Shown here piece by piece: positions 39,001 through 44,471 of a stretch of DNA of 44,471 nucleotides (within the stretch, counting starts at the first letter, position 1; each line of letters opens with the position of its first letter). The notes beneath the pieces are model-generated. The model had not been told where the DNA came from. It worked only from the letters and a program-made list of their open reading frames with translations, and did no database searches. The stretch spans positions 1 through 44,471 of the forward strand of contig JAQGDQ010001359.1 in assembly GCA_030141605.1 (NCBI GenBank). Direction: 5' to 3'. The position numbers and the translations under genes are program-made. This stretch comes from Tubiluchus corallicola. Taxonomy: Eukaryota > Animalia > Priapulida.

Positions 39001-39849
39001 TACTCGTTCTCTCCTTCATATTGTTGAGCATTCCTTCGTTTAGTTGTTTGGCCGTTTATTCCTTTTAAATTTATTTCTAGCAAAGGTTAGTTATAAATCC
39101 ATTATACAAATATTACTATCATATTGTTTTGCTGTAGTTACGTAACACATCAACATCCATCAACTGTGGTAGCATTAATGTTGCCACGACGAGTTCAGAT
39201 TTTATATCATTTTGTTTACATGGCTCGTTGGCTTCGTCTGAGAGCAACTCTCTCACGTCTTACAAACAACATAAAGAAGCCAGTGAAGGGCAAGAAGAAC
39301 TACTAACTAACTCAAATCTCCACCGAATCGTTATCAACATTGACAAGTGGAAAACAGTAAGAGCTTCGTGAAATGAGTAAAAATACATCGCAAACAGAAT
39401 AATAGTGCCACACTGATCCAGGATTTGTCCCGGGAAATTTGTGTCTGGAAGGGTGTAATACTTTCAAACTAAAATTGGCTATTTACAAAGAGTTATTGCG
39501 GCGAGTGGTGGCATGTATGGGGGAAAAACTTCAAATTTTATGTACAAAGAAAGTAAAGACTAATAGATGACTACAAAAATGTCTGGCCTTGAACGAGAAA
39601 TCTTTGCGAGGGGTAAGTCTAAAGGACAACGTGAAGATTTTTACTGCAAAAAATCTGTTACCCGGTTCAAATCTGGCAAATTTGCACTTGTGAACACGAT
39701 TGAGAAGACTAATGATGAATCTAATTAAAGGAAAGAACCCAAAAAAATATGGACTTAACAACTTATTGGAGAAAAACCCGCCTGTTTGACTACGTGTCTA
39801 TCTGCCCTTTTCTCTGTTTGTCATTTAGTCAGTCAACCAATCTATCCGT

Positions 39850-40480
39850 CGGTCAGTCAGTCAGTCAGTCAGTCAGTTAGTCAGTCAGTCAGTCAGTCAG
39901 TCACTCAACCAGTCAGTCAGTCAGTCAGTCAGTCAGTCAGTCAGTCAGTCAGTCAGTCAGTCAGTCAGTCAGTCAGTCAGTCAGTCAGTCAGTCAGTCAG
40001 TCACTCAACCAGTCAGTCAATCAGTCAGTCAGTCAGTCAGTCAGTCAGTCAGTCAGTCAGTCGGTCAGTCGGTCAGTCGGTCAGTCGGTCAGTCGGTCAG
40101 TCAGTCAGTCAGTCAGTCAGTCAGTCAGTCGGTCAGTCGGTCAGTCGGTCAGTCGGTCAGTCGGTCAGTCGGTCGGTCGGTCGGTCGGTCAGTCAGTCAG
40201 TCAGTCGGTCGGTCAGTCAGTCAGTCAGTCGGTCGGTCGGTCGGTCGGTCGGTCGGTCGGTCGGTCGGTCGGTCGGTCGGCCGGTCGGTCGGTCGGTCGG
40301 TCGGTCGGTCGGTCGGTCGGTCGGTCGGTCGGTCGGTCGGTCGGTCGGTCGGTCGGTCGGTCGGTCGGTCGGTCGGTCGGTCAGTCAGTCAGTCAGTCAG
40401 TCAGTCAGTCAGTCAGTCAGTCAGTCAGTCAGTCAGTCAGTCAGTCAGTTAGTCAGTTAGCCAGTTAGTCAGTCAGTTGG
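39850..40480. repeat. (CAGT)n/(CGGT)n microsatellite
   Basis: Seen directly. Confidence 0.97.
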
Positions 40481-41205
40481 TTAGAATTCGTTTCAAACTC
40501 TGCCTGTAAGACTCATTCAGCTAAACGTGCATATTAGCATCCCGCCATTAGCTTCACGTCTCCAAAGGAGGCAAATTGCTGCAGCACCACAAGGAATGTA
40601 TAGTGAAGCCAAGTGATTGGCATTATTGATCTGATGAGAAACTACCTTGACAGGTAAAATAAGAACGCCGCTTAGTAACGGGTAAAACTTGAAAGGCGTT
40701 TTGTGTGAAGGTTAGCAGTAAGTCATGGCTGCCGAGTACACATCAAACACTTTAGATTAATTAATTTTTCATGCTTCCAGATAAGATCTTGCTAATTGAT
40801 TTTAGCATTATAATCGATTATTTACTCGCACGTATTACAAAAGGTATGAAGGAGGGGGGGGTAATTCAACATCTAGGAACTTAATATAAGCGCCTTGAAT
40901 GCGCGAAATCCAAACTTGTTTTCTAAAACCCGAATGCAGATGCACAAAGGCATCTGAAACCTTCGAAAAACCAAGGTTTTAACTTTCTAGACAAGAAAAA
41001 CTTTATAGTAAGTATTAATAAGAAATTTTATCGTCAGTTTTTGATTTTTAAGTAAAATGGTCGCCATATAAAAATTATTTATGATGCCTTTCAAACGGAC
41101 CAATACAAAAGTTTGAATGCAAGAAGTGAACGCTTGTCAAATGTTATAAGAGTTCCTAAATAAATGATGTAAGAGGGCAAAGCGACACCTGACTATCGAC
41201 ATAAT

Positions 41206-41264
41206 CGTCATCATCATCATCAACATCATCATCATCATCATCATCATCATCGTCGTCGTCGTCG

Positions 41265-41300
<36 letters not shown>
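41206..41300. repeat. (CAT/CGT)n microsatellite
   Basis: Seen directly. Confidence 0.95.
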
Positions 41301-41301
<1 letters not shown>

Positions 41302-41749
41302 ATTGAAGCCTGGTTTCAAGTTCTATTAGGACATGTCCTTCTTTGAGGACGTCTAGTCGACTCGGGTCATCAAACGATCATCAAATAATGTTTTATAACT
41401 GTACTTAATTTATTCAAAATCGTAATGCACTTCATGAAAACGGTTTCACAAATTTAAATATTTTGAATTTCTGGAATTTCATTCATCTTAATATTTGTCA
41501 TCGTCATTTTATTCTGTTCTTATAATAAAAATAACAGCCAGCACTGATTTAATCAAAGACGTGGCTCTTATACAAACACAAACATCTGCAACGTTTCAAC
41601 TTAGTTAATGTCATGTTCATGTTTAACTATATGGCTAAATAAAAATAATACTTATCATTTAAGTGGATTAAGCTCATTGAATGAAAACCATGTCTTTCCT
41701 TATCAGGTTGCTGGCAGTTACTTTTCTATTAACAATTCGTTTCTCCCCA

Positions 41750-42609
41750 TCACTATTCACTTTATTCTGTTTGTCATTGTCATTGTCATTGTCATTGTCA
41801 TTGTCATCGCTATTCACTTTATTCTGTTTGTCATTGTCATTGTCATCGCTATTCGCTTTATTCTGTTTGTCATTGTCATCGCTATTCACTTTATTCTGTT
41901 TGTCATTGTCATCGCTATTCAATTATTCTGTTTGTCATTGTCATCGCTATTCACATTATTCTGTTTGTCATGCTCATAGTCATCGCTATTCGCTTTATTC
42001 TGTTTATCATTGTCATTATCATTGTCATCGCTATTCACATTATTCTGTTTGTCATTCTCATAGTCATCGCTATTCACTTTATTCTGTTTGTCATTGTCAT
42101 TGCTATTCACTTTATTCTGTTTTTGATTGTCATTGTCATTGTCACCACTATTTGCTTTATTCTGTTTATCATTGTCATTGTCATTGTCATCACTATTCGC
42201 TTTATTCTGTTTGTCATTGTCATTGTCATTGTCATCACTATTCGCTTTATTCTGTTTGTCATTGTCATCGCTATTCACATTATTCTGTTTGTCATTCTCA
42301 TAGTCATCGCTATTTGCTTTATTCTGTTTATCATTGTCATTGTCATTGTCATCACTATTCGCTTTATTCTGTTTGTCATTGTCATCGCTATTCACTTTAT
42401 TCTGTTTGTGATTGTCATCGCTATTCACTTTATTCTGTTTGTCATTGTCATTGTCATCGCTATTCTGTTTTTGATTGTCATCGTCATTGTCATCACTATT
42501 CACTTTATTCTGTTTGTCATTGTCATCGCTATTCACTTTATTCTGTTTTTGATTGTCATTGTCATTGTCATCACTATTTGCTTTATTCTGTTCAATTTTT
42601 GTCATTGTC
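41750..42609. repeat. Modular minisatellite: ctattcactttattctgttt core plus variable (gtcatt)n
   Basis: Seen directly; unit length varies mostly in steps of 6. Confidence 0.95.
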
Positions 42610-42844
42610 GTCGCTATTTCGTCGAGCAAGTATACGTACAGGCCAATATTATTATATTAATTAACAATAAGCAGGCCATTATTTTCGTTTATTTGCTGGC
42701 TGTAATTCGGTAACAACAAAAAAGTCCCAAAGGTACAAACTTTAGTTTTCATAACGAATAATGGTGATGGTGATGAGGATGATGATGATGACGATGATGA
42801 TGATGACGACGACGACGATTATGATGATGATGACGATGTTGATA

Positions 42845-42893
<49 letters not shown>
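42561..42893 (+). repeat. Left arm of the terminal inverted duplication; runs into a (GAT)n tract that continues to 43017
   Basis: Reverse complement of 43733-44072. Confidence 0.95.
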
Positions 42894-42895
<2 letters not shown>

Positions 42896-42963
42896 GTGAT
42901 GGTGATGATGGTGATGATGGTGATGATGATGATGATGATGATGACGATGATGACGATGATGAC

Positions 42964-43004
<41 letters not shown>

Positions 43005-43730
43005 CGATTATGACGATAACAACAGCGCCTGTGCATAACATTGATGAACCTTGGGAATGCAATAAAATAATTTTAGTGTTAGATAAAACTACTTTGAGTA
43101 ATGTTAGCCTTTTACTGTGAAGTACTAAATACAAAGGTTTCCTAAGAATTGCTTTCACCTGCCAAGAAGTACTTGTACAGCAAAGTCCACTTAGATAAGG
43201 CTGTTTTATAGTGGGTTGAAACTCTACTCTTTGTGGACGCGCCTGTTTTGATACTTGTATTGTATAATAACTACACGAATTTAGATCTATACATGCTTAG
43301 TGTTGTTTACGGCCTGCGCACAATTGTTTTATAATTGCATAATTTGTGTCATGAAACTACAGATTTTCAACATCCATTGCTCGAGTTGATCCGCTGCAGG
43401 CGTGTTTTAGTTTTAAAATTATAAGCTGCTGCCATCTACCGCTCGTAGAAGCAAATACCTTTCGCTTATTGTATTCCGGACTCGCACTGCTGTTAAAAAC
43501 GGGTTCTTCAACGCATTTATTTTAAGAAATTTTGCATTTTTATGTAAAGTTGTAAATATAAACGCTGGCAAATGGTAATTTTTGATCGTTTTTTTCAACT
43601 GTTAGCTGCGATACTGAATGGCTATGCATAGTTGGTAATTCATTTACCCGAAATACTCATTCTGTTTCCTCTCACCCTCCTGCTGTAGGTGGAGGGCGAG
43701 AGTTGAATCGGTTTGTGTGATAAATGATGT

Positions 43731-43732
<2 letters not shown>

Positions 43733-43788
<56 letters not shown>

Positions 43789-44072
43789 TATCAACATCGT
43801 CATCATCATCATAATCGTCGTCGTCGTCATCATCATCATCGTCATCATCATCATCATCATCACCATCACCATTATTCGTTAAGAAAACTAAAGTTTGTAC
43901 CTTTGGGACTTTTTTGTTGTTACCGAATTACAGCCAGCAAATAAACGAAAATAATGTCCTGCTTATTGTTAATTAATATAATAATATTGGCCTGTACGTA
44001 TACTTGCTCGACGAAATAGCGACGACAATGACAAAAATTGAACAAAATAAAGCGAATAGTGATGACAATGAC
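43733..44072 (-). repeat. Right arm of the terminal inverted duplication
   Basis: Unique core and microsatellite interruptions mirror 42561-42893. Confidence 0.95.
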
Positions 44073-44471
44073 AAAAATTGAACAGAATAAAGTGAATAGT
44101 GATGACAATGACAAAAATTGAACAGAATAAAGTGAATAGTGATGACAATGACAAAAATTGAACAGAATAAAGTGAATAGTGATGACAATGACAAAAATTG
44201 AACAGAATAAAGTGAATAGTGATGACAATGACAAAAATTGAACAGAATAAAGTGAATAGTGATGACAATGACAAAAATTGAACAGAATAAAGTGAATAGT
44301 GATGACAATGACAAAAATTGAACAGAATAAAGTGAATAGTGATGACAATGACAAAAATTGAACAGAATAAAGTGAATAGTGATGACAATGACAAAAATTG
44401 AACAGAATAAAGTGAATAGTGATGACAATGACAAAAATTGAACAGAATAAAGTGAATAGTGATGACAATGA
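44024..44471. repeat. Nearly perfect minisatellite, 40 bp x at least 11, running off the window end
   Basis: gacaatgacaaaaattgaacagaataaagtgaatagtgat. Confidence 0.98.

Noticed and set aside
39470-39560. Thymidine-kinase-like P-loop (GGMYGGKTS)
   Set aside because: Stops follow within about 10 codons and no other kinase motif is present; probably chance
41608-42713. Asn/Asp-rich (NSDDNDKQNK) or Cys/His-rich repeat protein
   Set aside because: Open in several frames on both strands because of stop-free units in multiples of 3; no signal peptide or splice context seen; better explained as a minisatellite

Overview
AT-rich, repeat-dense eukaryotic DNA, most likely from an invertebrate animal and intronic or intergenic. 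I find no intact protein-coding gene, RNA gene or CRISPR array; nearly all long ORFs in the track are microsatellite or minisatellite read-throughs. The window is a mosaic of 5'-truncated non-LTR retrotransposons (RTE, CR1/L2-like, I-group-like), non-autonomous DNA elements (PHIS/ISL2EU-like, hAT-like, Kolobok-like), minisatellites and long microsatellites. Four things stand out: (1) a roughly 7.5 kb nested palindrome at the left end, plus four other nearby inverted pairs; (2) a 3' stem-loop with compensatory base changes and an invariant RCAAATAG loop, shared by 7 retroelement tails; (3) several minisatellites whose monomer also occurs as a single copy in an element elsewhere in the window; (4) one candidate signal-peptide first exon on the minus strand (17254-17164). 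I cannot support a claim of a new protein-based biological system. All identities and counts are by eye.
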